From: Felis catus
Taxonomy: Eukaryota
Assembly: GCF_018350175.1 (NCBI RefSeq)
Contig: NC_058368.1
Location: 150,662,001 to 150,726,000, forward strand
Reading direction: 5' to 3'
DNA: 64,000 nt
Under the pieces are notes generated by a model, which was not told the DNA's origin, searched no databases, and saw only the letters and a program-made list of their open reading frames with translations. Positions 25,343-38,388 of this stretch are shown here, in pieces. Within the stretch, counting starts at the first letter, position 1, and the number at the start of each line of letters is the position of its first letter. The translations under genes and the position numbers were made by a program.

Positions 25343-27124
25343 CAGAGTTTAAAGAGAATCTAGTAATGTCCCTAGTAGATTAGGTTTTGCTGGGGTGGAA
25401 GGAATGGGTGGGGCTGGGGAGGTGGTTGTGAAATGGATAGTGGAGGGTGGAGAAAGTCTGAGGGACTCTCTGGAGGTAATATGTGAACCACACTGGAGTT
25501 AGCAAAATACTGACCATACAGTCTCTGCTTGGACAGAGATTGTCAGAAATTCAGAGACCTGACAGGGTTACCCCATGCATTGCCAGAACCAGGAAGCCAA
25601 GCCAATATTCAGCGTTTCCCCAAAGAGTATTTCATGTCATCTGAGAGAGCTTCTGTTTGATTGACAAATGTTTTTTTTTACTACCCCACCTCTTGCAGTA
25701 GTAATCGCTGTAGTAATAGCTGTCCTTATGCCAATATTTTACTCAATCCTGTCTAAACTTCCCTAGGAAAAAGTATTTTTTCGATATTACCTGGAAGTCA
25801 CAAACTTTCATAAATAGAAAGGATTATGGACAAGTAAAGAGGTTCCAGTGATAAATAATGGAGATCCAATCACTTGGAAACATTTCCTTCAATCTTGTCT
25901 TGACCCGGACTTTATTCATTCAACTCAGAGTCCCTCACATCTCTAATTATCTGCCAGGACCACACTGACCTAGGGAAGAATCTAAAATGTTTTGCTACAA
26001 AAATGCTCTGTAAATATCTATAAAAGAAAGCAGTAATCAACCAAATATAGTGTGGGTTTACAAATCAGAATTCATTTGTCTAATTGTATTTTTTTCCGAG
26101 GGTTACTAGACTAGTACACCAATAAAATATACAGTAGACAATATTTATCTGTGCCCAACAGGCATTACTGACATTTTTTGTCTATACTTATGAGTAACTG
26201 GGGCCAGGGGTAGGGGGTTGGGAGGAGCTACATGATAGTACCTTCAGGGAATGACTTAACATCCGAAGGGTACTGAATTCTAGATGGCAGTCAGCATCTC
26301 CAGAGGTTTTTTAGTATAGAATCGCAGACCCTATCTGGGTCAACACTGCATTTCATTGACTTGAGAGAGGATACAGAACACATATTTATCAAGTTTTTAC
26401 CCAGTTTAAAGTTGGAAAGGGTAGAATATTTTGCAAGCCTTTGAACAGCTTAATGTTGACTCTGGGCTAAATTCTAGATAGTCATGATTAGAATTTATAA
26501 AATTTGGGAAGTCTGTAACCATGCATGCAGAATCTAACAAACTAGTAGGGATTTTTAAGTTTATTCCCTCATTTAGATGTCACAAATTTATGGAACATTT
26601 ACTTTGTACAAAACTCTATATTAGGCTTTCGAAAGATGATTAAAGTATTGCCCTTGGATTGCAGCAGTTTAAAATCTGTTGACTGAAACAGACTTATAAA
26701 GAGATAAACTGTATTACAACATAAGTGTTCATTGTAAAGCCTCATATTTGGTAAAAATTCTTTAAAAATTAACTACATATAGTAGCGGGATGGACAGACT
26801 CTAGTGTGTGTGTAAAACACCTTTAGGAGTTTAATAAACTGGAAAGAAAATAGTTTTCAAGAATATGATCATGGGCTGATATTCTAGCTCGCACAAATTG
26901 ATTTTCTAAAACTTAACAAGGTCTTAAACACCCTAAGGGGGGAATACAAATCGCCAATAAAGATATAAAAACATATTTTAAAAATGCATTCATTCTCAAT
27001 TACAAGCAAATCAAGACAACAAATTTAAAGAAAATCCATAAATAATAGTATTCCATGTATGCAGAGATGTGGTGAAATGGAATACCATTGGAATAAACAT
27101 GAAATGGTAATTTTTTTGAAAGTT

Positions 27125-27351
27125 ATTTTTTTAATTAATTTTTTTTTACATTTATTTATTTTTGAGAGACAGAGAAAGACAGAGCACAAGTGGGGGAGGG
27201 GCAGAGAGAGAATGAGACACAGAATCCGAAGCAGGCTCCAGGCTCTGAGCTGTCAGCACAGAACCCGATACAGGGCTCCAACCTATGAACTGTGAGATCA
27301 TGACCTGAGCTGAAGTTGGATGCCCAACCGACTGAGCCACCCAGGTACCCC
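27125..27351 (-). mobile_element. CanSINE/SINEC
   Basis: Full length; TSD gaaagttatt. Confidence 0.92.
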
Positions 27352-28569
27352 TGGAAAGTTATTATATATAAGTCACACTATACTATGTAGCTATTTTTTT
27401 CTAGGAAACTGCTTTAAGAAATAATCTAAAATATATCCATAAAGTACACATAAGGAAGTCCATAACAGATTATTTATATCAGCAAAAAATTTAAGATTAA
27501 ATGATTTAAAAGATATGTACAGCCTATATGATGGGATGTCATAATCATAATCAGTATTATGTGTCTTAAAAATAGGATGTGTGCAATATATTTATTATAT
27601 TATATTATTTTTTATTATATTAGAAGGCTAATATAACTAGAAGGCTAACGATCATGACTTCTCACTGTAAACCATCTTGGATGTTTTGAATTTGTGCCAT
27701 GTGCATATAACACATCCCCAAAAAATGCAATTTTAAAAATAAAGTATTCAGCTTAAATTTTTAAAATAGTCACACTAACTGAAAGGCAAGGAAATTTCAT
27801 TATCTCTTACAGTGAATATGTATAATTGGAAAATGCATACACTCTGGCTGTGTTACTAGAAATATTTTGTACAGTATTTTGCCCTGTAAGAAATCTAGAA
27901 CCCGTTTTAATACAAGCGAGAAGAATGATAAAGGAGCTCATCTAAGACGTGGTTAGAGGAAAATGTAAATGTTTAGCCTAGAGAGCATGATGGCTGTCTT
28001 CAAATATGTGAAGTACTGTCATGTGGAAAGGGACCACATTTCCTCAGGAAAGTCTCAGAGGATGAAACCAGATCCATTGGCAGGAGCTGTAGTAAGCCAT
28101 TTTAGCTCAATGTCAAAACACTTACAGACTTGTTCACTTGTTTATAGGCCATTTCAGCCCAATGTCAAGAAACACTTCGTAACAGAACTGGGTAAAAAAA
28201 AAAAAAAAAAGAGTGAATTCCCAGTCACTTGAAGGATTCAAGCATAAATTGTCACCTACTTGACTGGACATTATAGAAGAGATTCGAGCAACAGAAGTGT
28301 GGTTTTTGTATGATTCCTGCCGTGTGAGAAATCATTTAACCTCTCTGAGACTCTATTCTCTGTAAAATGGAGAAGTTTGACTAAATTACCTCCAGTTCCT
28401 TTTGAGTTTTAAATTGTTTTGATTCTGTATTGGTGTAATTACATTTGTCTGTCTTTTCCAGATTTACATAATATCAGCCTTTTATCACTTGAAATACATA
28501 GCTATACTTGTGAGAATTAATTGAATATTTGTAAAAATGCAAAACACTATGTAAGTGTAAAGCATTACA

Positions 28570-29500
28570 CTCCAACATCATTGGCCGTAAGGAAAATGCA
28601 AATTAACCCCACAATGACATACCACTACACACTTGTTAGAATGGCTAACTAACATTAAAAATATTTATGATACCAAGTACTGCCAAGATATGGAGCAACT
28701 GTATCTCTCATTCTTTGTTGGTGTGAATGTTAAATGATATAGCTACTCTAGAAAACAGTTTGGCAGTTTTTTCTGAAGTTAAACATAAACTTACCATAAT
28801 ACCCAGCAATCCAACTACTGGATATTTCCTCTAGAGAAATGAACATTTAAATTCGTACAAAAATCTGTGTCCAGATTTTTTTACAGTTTATTTATTTATT
28901 TTGAGAGAGAGGAAGAGAATGCAAGTTGGAGAGGGGCAGAGAGAGAGGGAGAGAATCCTAAGCAGGCCCCATGCTGTTAGCATAGAGCCCCACCTGGGGC
29001 TCGATATCATGAACTGTGAGACCATGACCTGAGCTGAGATCAAGAGTTGGAGGTCTGAATGAGCCACCTAGGTGCCACTGTGTATAGATTTTCATTAAAT
29101 CTTTATGACAGCCAACTGGAGACCACCCAATGGGTGAATGAGTAAACTGTGGTACATCCATATCATGGAATACTACTCAGCAATAAAAAAGGAACAAACT
29201 ATTACCATACACACAAAAACTTATATGGGTCTCAAGGCCATTATACTGGCTGAAAAAAAGCCAGTATCAAAAGGTTACATATGATACAATTCCATTTCTA
29301 CAAGAGCCTCAAAATAGCAAAATTAGAGTGATGGAGAACACATCAGTTGGGCCAATGGTTAGAGTTAGAGGGAAGGTATGACTATAAAGGGGTAGCAGGA
29401 GGGAGTTACTTTGGAGTAATGGAATAGTTTTATATCCTAATTGTGATGAACACTACATTAATCTCTGATATGTGGTAAATTTTATAGAACTAGACAAACA
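28570..29500 (+). mobile_element. Old L1M ORF2 end and 3'UTR with a minus-strand CanSINE at 28877-29076
   Basis: ggaaaatgcaaattaaccccacaatgacataccactacac...tggaatactactcagcaataaaaaa. Confidence 0.8.
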
Positions 29501-30071
29501 CACAGAAATTTATGTTTTTCTTCGAGTTTCTGGAAAGCAAGGAAATTTGTATCTATATTCAATTTTTGTTTTCATTGACTTTTTTATGTTTAGCTCTGAA
29601 CTGTCTTGTAATCAATAATGTGAAATGTTTCTCATATGAAACATTTTTTCTTGTTGAAGAATGGCATAGAAAGAAGGGTGTGAGGTATACTTACTTGATG
29701 GTAATTTTACTCCTTTTCTTTAGAAGTGTAAATGGTCAAATGTGAAATAAATTCAGGCACATCGCATTTTTATTTATATTTTGTTCTTGTTTTTAAATTT
29801 TACATCACATTTTCAAGGAAGCCTCTGGAAGAGATTTTTACATAAATTTTCACAGCTCACTCAATTGTGATCTGTTTTTTACTATTTATCTTATGACTGA
29901 AGAGACTATCCATATCTTGTCAGGTTCTACTTTAGCTGTTGATTGTCTTTGTTTAGAGTTAACTAAACTTACTATTGTTCAAATTTCATGATAAACACAA
30001 GAGCTTAAAATTAATTCCAGTGCTAGCATAAGATCTATACTGAGAATTTGTTTCAAGAGTGAAATGTCTTA

Positions 30072-30299
30072 GGGGCGCCTGGGTGGCGCTGTCGGTTAAG
30101 CGTCCGGCTTCGGCCAGGTCACGATCTCGCGGTCCGTGAGTTCGAGCCCCGCGTCGGGCTCTGGGCTGATGGCTCAGAGCCTGGAGCCTGTTTCCAATTC
30201 TGTGTCTCCCTCTCTCTCTGCCCCACCCCCGTTCATGCTCTGTCTCTCTCTGTCCCAAAAAAATAAATAAACATTGAAAAAAAAAATTAAAAAAAAAAA
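30072..30299 (+). mobile_element. Very young felid CanSINE (SINEC_Fc-like)
   Basis: Perfect 17-bp TSD aagagtgaaatgtctta (30055-30071 and 30300-30316), about 15 CpGs, intact B box, long A tail. Confidence 0.97.
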
Positions 30300-30369
30300 A
30301 AGAGTGAAATGTCTTATAAGATGACCCTTATGGACACTAAAATATTAGCCTCTCTTAGTGTCTAAGACT

Positions 30370-30770
30370 GTCCTTGTGACTGACATTACCAATGTTTACC
30401 AATATTTTCAATTCTCTTCCTTTTCCTGGATGTGTAAATGGTTATATGCATTTCTTAGTTCTCCAAATTAGATGGGGTCCTGTTACAAGGTCTAAAGATA
30501 GACAATGGCTAGAGGCATTGTGTCACTTCTAGTGCACTATTCACCATGCTGTCCTTCCTGGAACAAAGAATCCTGAAGCAGCATGATGAGATGGAGATAC
30601 CAAAAAAACAAAGTGGGTCTTGAGTGTTGAGCCACCACATGAAGGGCTGCCCTGGAGAAGTTCCGGGACTTTTAGTAGATTTGCCTGAATAAGAACTTTT
30701 ATGTGTAAGACTCTAAGATTTTGTTACAGCTTATTACTGCAGCATCACCTAACCTGTCATGACAAATAGA
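30370..30770 (+). mobile_element. Old MaLR LTR (MLT1H/J-like)
   Basis: tgtgtcacttct...gggctgccctggagaa...aataagaactttt...ttattactgcagcatcacctaacctgtcatgacaaata. Confidence 0.55.
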
Positions 30771-30814
30771 ATCTGTATACTAACTTTGCCTGTGTTCAAG
30801 GTTTTCAAAAAACA

Positions 30815-31005
30815 GGGGTGCCTGGCTGGCTCAGTTGGTTAAGCACAGTTGGTGGGATAGAGTTCCACACCAGGCTCTGTGCTGACAGCTCAGAGCTGCT
30901 TGGGATTCTCTCTCTCCCTCTCTCTGACCCTCCGGTGCATGCTCTCTCTCTCTCAAAATACATATAGACACTTTTTAAAAAGTATTGAAAAAAAATTTTT
31001 AAATA
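30815..31005 (+). mobile_element. CanSINE/SINEC, internally deleted
   Basis: Head ggggtgcctggctggctcag; TSD-like aa(g/a)gttttcaaaaa(a/g)ca. Confidence 0.85.
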
Positions 31006-31112
31006 AAAGTTTTCAAAAAGCAAAACAAAAACTTTACATGGCCTTTCATGCTTTCTATACCTCAGATAAATAGCTGAATATGTTGCCAGCTTTTCCAATA
31101 AGAAATATATTT

Positions 31113-31290
31113 AGGCAGCACCTGGTTAAGCATCCAACTTTTGGTTTCAGTTCAGGTCATGATCTCAGGGTTGGTGGGATCGAGCACCTCTCCCCCACCA
31201 ACTTGGGATTCTCTCTCTCCCTCTTTCTCTGCCTCTCCCCCGATCATGCTCTTTCATGCTCTCTCTCTCAAAATAAATAAACTTAAAAAT
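31113..31290 (+). mobile_element. CanSINE/SINEC, degenerate
   Basis: ggttaagcatccaact...caggtcatgatctc...(ct)n aaaataaataaac. Confidence 0.85.
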
Positions 31291-31498
31291 AGATATATTT
31301 AATAGGATAAACATTTCATTTAATAATTTATTCTGTTAGTCTCTGCCACCAACTTAAGATATCAAATGTCTAATCTTTTAATTATATATATATATATATA
31401 TACACATATCAAAGTTGAACTTTGTGTTAATAATTACCAGTGAATAAAAAAGGATACATTTGTTAATGGAGTCTTTTAATCCACTAAGTAACAATTGA

Positions 31499-31917
31499 TG
31501 TTTCTAGTTATGTGCCCTGGAAAGCAGAACCTGAGACAGAGATTTGCATTTCAGGAAAACTTATTAGGGAATTTTAATGCAGGTAAAATGCCGGATTGGG
31601 TAGAGAGAGAATTTGGGCTGTGATAGAGTTATAACAAAGCCTAAGCCAAACTTCTGGGTGGCTCTGAAGCCAGGGTGGCCCTTCAGAGGTATTCCAAGTT
31701 GAGGTAGGGAGCCAGGCGTATTTATACTCATCAATAACCAGTCATTAGATAAAGACTGCCCCCAGTGAGTGCATGTGACCTTGGATAGGCAGTTCCTGCA
31801 TAAAGCTCACATCTTGAGAGCTGTGAGCCAACAGCATTCCCAGCAGTTGGAGAAACAAGACCTTTAGCTCTGAAGAGGAATCTGGTATCAGTGGAATCTG
31901 CCTCAGTGTCCAGGACA
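31499..31917 (-). mobile_element. ERVL solo LTR, LTR16-like
   Basis: cagaacctgagacagagatttgc...ggccttcagagg-like core...accagtcatt...cccagcagttggagaaa; TG...CA ends. Confidence 0.6.
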
Positions 31918-32229
31918 AATGATAATCATAGAAGAATGAATCTTCTGAAATTTTTAGATGATGATGATATTCATCATCATCATCATCACCATGACATTTA
32001 CTGACAGCTTTACCATGTGCCAGGCACTTGTCCTAAGTGTTTGAAATTATTAACTCACATAATTCTCAAAATAACTCTATAATATAGATTTAAATGATTA
32101 GTCTTCGAAAATAAAAATCAACATAAGTGCTTTTTACTATATACCCCACTGCAGAAATGCTTTGCTAATGAGCATTTAGTAATTCCCACCATAAGTTAGT
32201 ATATCCCGTATGAGGAGCCCCATTAGTGA

Positions 32230-32350
32230 CTGCTTCGGATTCTGTGTCTCCCTCTCTCTCTGCCCTCCCCTGCTCGCACTCTGTCTCTCTGTCTCTCTCT
32301 CTCTCTCTCAAAAATAAATAAATGCTAAAAACAATTAAAAAAAAAAAGAA
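32230..32350 (+). mobile_element. CanSINE 3' half
   Basis: tgcttcggattctgtgtctccc(tc)n...aaaataaataaa. Confidence 0.85.
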
Positions 32351-32899
32351 TGAAAGTGACAGCAAGACAAAATAGGACGGTCATTCCCCTGTCATGCCAA
32401 GACTATGAGAGCAACTTCACTTCCATAATATCTTGGTCATGTTTTTCTGACCATAATCATGTTAAATTTATTACTTCCTTATAGAGTGATTAGTACATAC
32501 AGAGCCCCTGAAGGGTAATACAAAATGTTAAGTTTTCTGTCTTTAAGGAGCTATCCAAATGATGTCTCTGCTAGTAACATCAATGCAAAACCATTTACCT
32601 GTTAAGCTGAATATGATAGGTTGAGAATCCCTTCATTAATAAGTGAGGAAACACAGGCCCCTTTGATTTATAATAAGGAACTAAGGAGCATACAGAAAGT
32701 AAAGGTAGGACGAATAAATAAGAAAGGAGGGAATACAGATTTATACACTTAACTATTATCATGTGCTCGATATTGGTAGTTGAACTACAAAGGAAAAGTT
32801 ATCACCTTATGATGAGTAAAGGGATTCTGTGGCATGATAAGAGCTTGCTAGTGAGAGTAGGGGAAATAGAAATGATAGGAGCAGAGGAGTCGCATGGAT

Positions 32900-33990
32900 T
32901 TACACCTTACCAGCAATGTACAAGAGTTGTGGTATCTGATTTTTGAAATCTGATTTTGAAAGCTTTCATATATACTGGTAACTGATTATGGTTTTAATTT
33001 GTATTACTCTCATAAAGAATGATATTGAATCCTTCTTCATCTGCTTGTTGACCATTTAGATATCTACATTTTTGAAGTGGCTATTCAAGTCTTACCCATT
33101 TTTTAAAACATTGAGTTGTCTTTTTTTTTTTTAATTTATAATAGTGATTTATATATTTTGGATATAAGTCCTTTGTCAATAGTTGTTTTAGGTTTTTCTT
33201 CCACTCAGTGGATTGTTTTCTGATGCTATTAAAGGTGTCTTTTGATAAACAAAAGATCTTAATTTTTTCCCTTCTTTTATTGAAGTTCCTATTTTCAATC
33301 ACAGAACAATAAAGAAAAGTGATGAGCACCCACATGCCATTGTCTACATTGGACAAATTTCACATTTTGCCATATTTGCTTTATCTTATGTTTGCTGAAA
33401 CATTTTAAAATTAATTAGATATAGTTCACTCCTTAAAACTTCAGCATGTATCTCTAAAACTAAGTACATTCTTTAATAGCTCATCTATACTCAAACACCC
33501 ATAATTGTCCCAATTGTCTTTTAAAGAGACTTTTTCCCCAAAGCCACGTCCTTTCCAAAAGGACCACAAATTACACTTAGTAGTTCTTATAGGTAGGGCC
33601 TCTGCAAATGCCAGAACTACGGACCTTCCAGAGCAACAATCTCCCTACCCTTTTATTAAGATAGGTTTATTTACCAAAAGATCTTAATTTTAATGAAGTC
33701 TATTTTATTAGTCTCTTCCACCATAGTTAGTGCTTTTTGTGTTTAAGAAAACATTGGCTACCTTAAAGGTATGAAGCTATTCTCTTACGTTTTCTTTTAG
33801 AAGTTTCTTTGTTTTATTCTTCACATTAGATCTTTATCCATTTTAAGTTAATTTTATATATAGTGTGAGGAAGGGGTCAGGGTTCTTTTTTTCATATAGA
33901 ACTCCATTTGATCCAGAATCATTTAATTACAAAATCACCTTCTCCTCCCCTGACTTGAACCTTTGTCATAAATCACATAATTGCATATGG
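32900..33990 (-). mobile_element. Old L1M ORF2 3' region with a ~410-bp insertion
   Basis: Minus ORF 33081-33356 (KIKIFCLSKDT...RKQSTEWKK) is ORF2-like and resumes after 33691. Confidence 0.7.
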
Positions 33991-34666
33991 GTGATGACCT
34001 CTCCAAAATATTCTATTAAACCTATTAAGTATTTGAGTAAACATTACAATTATTCAATTGGTGAACAATTTTTCAACTGGTAAAAAAAAAAAAACAAATT
34101 AAAAAAAAGATGAGACTAAGTTCAAAAGGGCCCCAAAAAGCATATGGTGAAGAGTGGAAGTAAATGGACCTTCTACCCTGTTCATCAGTACCCCATTTCG
34201 TTCTCCAGAAGCAGTCATAGTGTCAGTGCCAGATATACCAAACATATCTACTTAATTTCTACAGTCCTGAAAAAGGAAATCCTTTTATCCCAAAGTCTAC
34301 CCCCTGATTCTAATGTAATGACTTTCCTATGTGATTCTAGTATTAAGTTCCTAGGTGATTCTGATAGAAGTGTATTCCATTGTAATTCAAAAGCCCATTT
34401 TCCTTTACTCTTTTCAAAAGTATATAGCTAGATTTTTGAAAGCCCAAGAGACATGGGTTTTATTTAATAAGGAGGATTTAACTTATTTATATTTATTGTA
34501 ATTATATTTCTTCCTGCCATTTTATTTTATATTATTTACTTTTTTTTTCTTTCTTACCTTCTGTGGAATTAGTCAGGCTTGCATTCTTGTTTTAGTGGCT
34601 TAGAAATTATGTATCTTACTGTATTCTGCTTTTAGACATTTAAATTTTAACTTCCATTATAAATAT

Positions 34667-34724
34667 GTATGTATATGTATATATATATATATATACATCA
34701 TATATATATATATATATATATATA
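34667..34724. repeat. (TA)n microsatellite
   Basis: Direct inspection. Confidence 0.95.
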
Positions 34725-34823
34725 TTTCTTCTTTTTTGCTTAAAGTATAGAATTAAGGGGCATCTGTATCCTGCCCTTGATCAATTTCACGTCTTTCTTC
34801 CCTAGTTTCTCCTACAACTTAAA

Positions 34824-36130
34824 CAGGGAAGATCTAATTTTTGTAGTCTGAAGCTTATACAACTTTGGGGTTTCTCTTTAAAACAATTTGAAATTCAAAA
34901 ATTAAAAGTTGGATAAAAAGTGAATATTTAGAATGAGAAAAAGAAATCAGAACAAACTGTAAAATTTTACAAATTTATATGTCTTTGAACTTTTTTTTTT
35001 TTTTAAGGAGATCTCTATACTCAATGTGGGGCTCAAACTCACAACCCTGAGATCAAAAGTCACCTGCTCTACAGACTTAGCCAGGCACCCCACAAGTTTA
35101 TAAATCTTAAATAAAGATAGGTTTACAAATGTAAAATAATTCAGAAAAAATAATATATTATTTTTATTAATTGTTTGGAATTTCTCTTTTTTTAAATGTT
35201 TATTTATTTACTTTTGAGACAGAGAGAGAAAGAGAGAGCGTGCACAAGTGGAGGAGGGGCAGAGAGAGAGGGAGTCACAGAAGCCAAAGCAGGCTCCAGG
35301 CTCTGAGCTGGCAGCACAGAGCCTGACACCGAGTCAGGCTGAACCCATGAACCCTGAGATCATGACGAGAGTGGAAGCTGGATGCTTAACCAACTGAACC
35401 ACCCAGGTGCCCCATTTGCCTGGAATTTCTATAGTATTTTTTACTCTTCATTTACTTTCCTTAAAATTTTGCATTTCTTTTTTTATTATTATTATTTTGA
35501 TTTTGAGCGAGAGATAGAGAGCAAGCAAGCGGGGAAAGGGCCGAGAGGGAGACAGAATCCCAAACAGGCTTCAAACTGTAAGTGCAGAGCCCCATGCAAA
35601 GCTCTATCTAACCCATGAACCTTGAGACCATGAAATCAAGAGCCGAAATCAAGAGTTGGATGCTTAACCGAACGAGCCACCCAAGCATCCCTATAATTTT
35701 GCATTTCTGATTATTGGAAGACTAATCTACAAACTGTCTTCTAGCTGTGTATATATCAACCTTATTCATCTTCCACCACCTCACGCCATCTATATAACCT
35801 CTAGCGCTAGGTAGATGAGACACTCACATCACAACTCCAGGCTCCACAGTTTTCCTGGATGAGTCAGCACAGTGAGAAGAATTCCTAAGGCTTTTCCTAC
35901 ATGAGGGAGTGTTGGTAAGAAAAGTTAACTTCACCAATTGACTATGAACCACCCAAATATATTCCCCTAAATACAAATTAAATGATTTCCTTAATTCAAT
36001 TGCCCCCTCACCAGTTCCCAAAAGTACCCATGACTATCCAATTCCCCCTGTCTTGAGAAGTATAACAGAGAATACAGAGAGAAAATAAAGTGGTCAAATG
36101 ATTACTTAAATAAAATTATTTTAAAATGTT
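34824..36130. mobile_element. hAT-Tip100 DNA transposon (Zaphod/MER115-like) interrupted by three minus-strand CanSINEs (34990-35091, 35190-35413, 35475-35691)
   Basis: ctgaagcttatacaactttgggg...aaagtgaatatttagaatgagaaaaagaaatca; tgagtcagcacagtg...gaaccacccaaatatattcccctaaa. Confidence 0.65.
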
Positions 36131-36142
36131 CCACTATTTTAT

Positions 36143-36370
36143 ATTTTTTTATTTAATTTTTTTAACGTTTATTTATTTTTGAGACAGAGAGAGATAGAGC
36201 ATGAACGGGGAAAGGTCAGAGAGAGAGGGAGACACAGAATCTGAAACAGGCTCCAGGTTCTGAGGTGTCGTCAGCACAGCGCCCGATGCAGGGGCTCAAA
36301 CCCACGAACTGTGAGATCGTGACCTGAGCTGAAGTCGGAGGCTTAGCCGACTGAGCCACCCAGGCGCCCC
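36143..36370 (-). mobile_element. Young CanSINE
   Basis: TSD tccactattttatatttt on both sides. Confidence 0.95.
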
Positions 36371-36411
36371 TCCACTATTTTATATTTTAAGGAAGTCTCT
36401 TAAAAGTGATA

Positions 36412-36414
<3 letters not shown>

Positions 36415-36469
<55 letters not shown>

Positions 36470-36490
36470 TATATATACATACATATATAC
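36415..36490. repeat. (TA)n(CA)n compound microsatellite
   Basis: Direct inspection. Confidence 0.95.
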
Positions 36491-36813
36491 TTATGCATGC
36501 AGAGGATATCAACATAAAAACTAAAAAGAAATTAAAAACTGGTTGCCTCTGGGGAAAGGAAATGGAGACTAGAGGATGGCAAGTGAAGGAGAAGATTTTC
36601 CCTTTCATTGTCTACATTCTTGTAACTGTTAAAGCTTGTATTATTATTTTGTTTGTTTTCTTTACTCTGTATATTTATAACTTATTCAACTTATGAGCAA
36701 AGAAACAATAATAAAACTACCTTTTAAAATACAAAAGGAAAATGTAAACTATTAAGCCATGTAGAGAACTCTTCTTATCCCTTTTGCTGTTGTTTATATA
36801 CTAGAAACGATAG

Positions 36814-37167
36814 TGCTATGATCCGAATTTTTTGTTTCCTCTCCAAATTCATACGTTCAAACCCTAACCTCCAAAGATAATGGCATTAGGAGATGGGGTT
36901 TTGGGAAGGTGCTTAGGTCACATGGAGTCCTTATGAATGAAATTAGTGTTCTTATAAAAAATCCCACAGCAATCCCTTGCCCCTTCTACCTTGTGAGGGC
37001 ACAGCGAGAAGGCACCGGCTCTGAATCAGGAAGGTACCTTCATCAGAATGCAACCATCCTGGTGCCTTGATTGGACTCCCCAAGCCCCTAGAACTGTAAG
37101 GAATTTCTGTTGTTTATGTTACTCATTCTGTGGTACCTTGTTATAGCAGCCCAAATGAACTAAGACA
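36814..37167 (+). mobile_element. MaLR solo LTR, MLT1A-like
   Basis: tgctatg...ccaaattcatacgtt...ttgttatagcagcccaaatgaactaagaca. Confidence 0.85.
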
Positions 37168-37249
37168 GTTAACTTTCTTACTTTGTTAAGGGCTCAAATG
37201 TCTAATGTTTTCTCTGTTAAAATTATATCGCACTGCTTTTAAAATAGCT

Positions 37250-38370
37250 ACATTTTACTTATTTGAGAAGTACTCCCTCCTGCTACCTTTCCTAAAAGAG
37301 TTTATATATGGCAGGTGTTATTTCTTCTTTAAATGTTTAATAGGATTCACCAATGAAATTATCTAAGCCTAGAGCTTTCTTTATGGGAAGGTTTTTCACA
37401 AAAAAAAAAAAAAATCAGTTTCTTCAGTTGAAGGGCTATTCAGATTTTCTTTTTCATTTTTTTTGTCTTTAGAGTAAGTTATATTTTATTATTAAAAAAA
37501 ATTTTAATGTTATTTTTGAGAGAGAGAAAGAGCAAGCAGGGGAATGGCAGAGAGAGATGCAGACACAGAATCCAAAGCAGGCTCCAGGCTCTTGAGCTGT
37601 GAGCACAGAGCCCGACATGGGGCTCAAACCCATGAACCTTGAGATCATGACCTGAGCCAAAGTAGGATGCTTAGCTGACTGAGCCACCCAGGCATCCCTT
37701 TAAAGAAAGTAATATTTTAAAAAATTTGTCTATGTCATTTAAATTGTTATGTTTATTGCCATAAAGATATTTACACATTTCTTTAGTATCCATTTACTGT
37801 CTTTAAAATCTGTAGTGATACACCCTTTATTCTTGACACTGAAAACTTGTGTTTTCTCTTTATTTTCTCTTGATCATTCAGCTAGCTGTTTATCACTTTT
37901 GTTAATCCTTTCAAAGAGTTTTTTTTTGGTTTTTTGTTTCCTGCTTTTTAGCTGGAGTTTTTAACCAATTTATACTTAATATAACTATTATCTGGTGGTA
38001 TTTAATTTTATGACTTTATTACTTTTTTTCTATTTTTTTTTCCATCAGTTTTTTTTTGTTCCTCTGTGTCTACTTACTCAAAATTTTTAGCCTAATTGAA
38101 TATTAGTTATTTAAGGCAGTAAGACAGCAGGTTTCTATCTAGTTTTTAGTTACCAAGTATGACACCAGCTGGCCAAAAATACCACAAAAACAGGAAGCTT
38201 ACTTAGTGTCATTAACTCTATCAATTAATTTTTTCCACTCCCTTCCAGTTTTTATTGCTTTTGGTCATATTCCCATGTCTTCAGATAATTGTTTTTCATA
38301 TTTTCTCCATATGTATTTTTGTTATCTGTGGAACAGTTGGCTTAAATAGGAGCTCTTCTCCCTTTGCCAA
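37250..38370 (-). mobile_element. Old L1M fragments with a minus-strand CanSINE at 37495-37698
   Basis: tttcttctttaaatgtttaataggattcaccaatgaaattatct...gtttatcacttttgttaatcctttcaaaga. Confidence 0.6.
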
Positions 38371-38388
38371 GGATGGAAACTAATTTTT

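Larger units (their letters stand above)
23890..28320 (+). mobile_element. CR1/L3 LINE fossil, collinear fragments
   Basis: 23976-24050 translates NLILTNKEELPG*LEVTETLGESNH (CR1 endonuclease LDL.LTN...LG.SDH); further CR1-like pieces at 24130-24300, 25900-26480 and 27840-28320. Confidence 0.7.

Noticed and set aside
30072..30170. tRNA genes suggested by A/B-box-like motifs
   Set aside because: They are the tRNA-derived heads of CanSINEs, followed by (CT)n and A tails with TSDs.
31957..31981. Perfect 11-bp hairpin gatgatgatga-tat-tcatcatcatc (and a 9-bp one at 2599-2617)
   Set aside because: The first comes from a trinucleotide microsatellite at a MIR tail; both stems are too short to imply an RNA gene.
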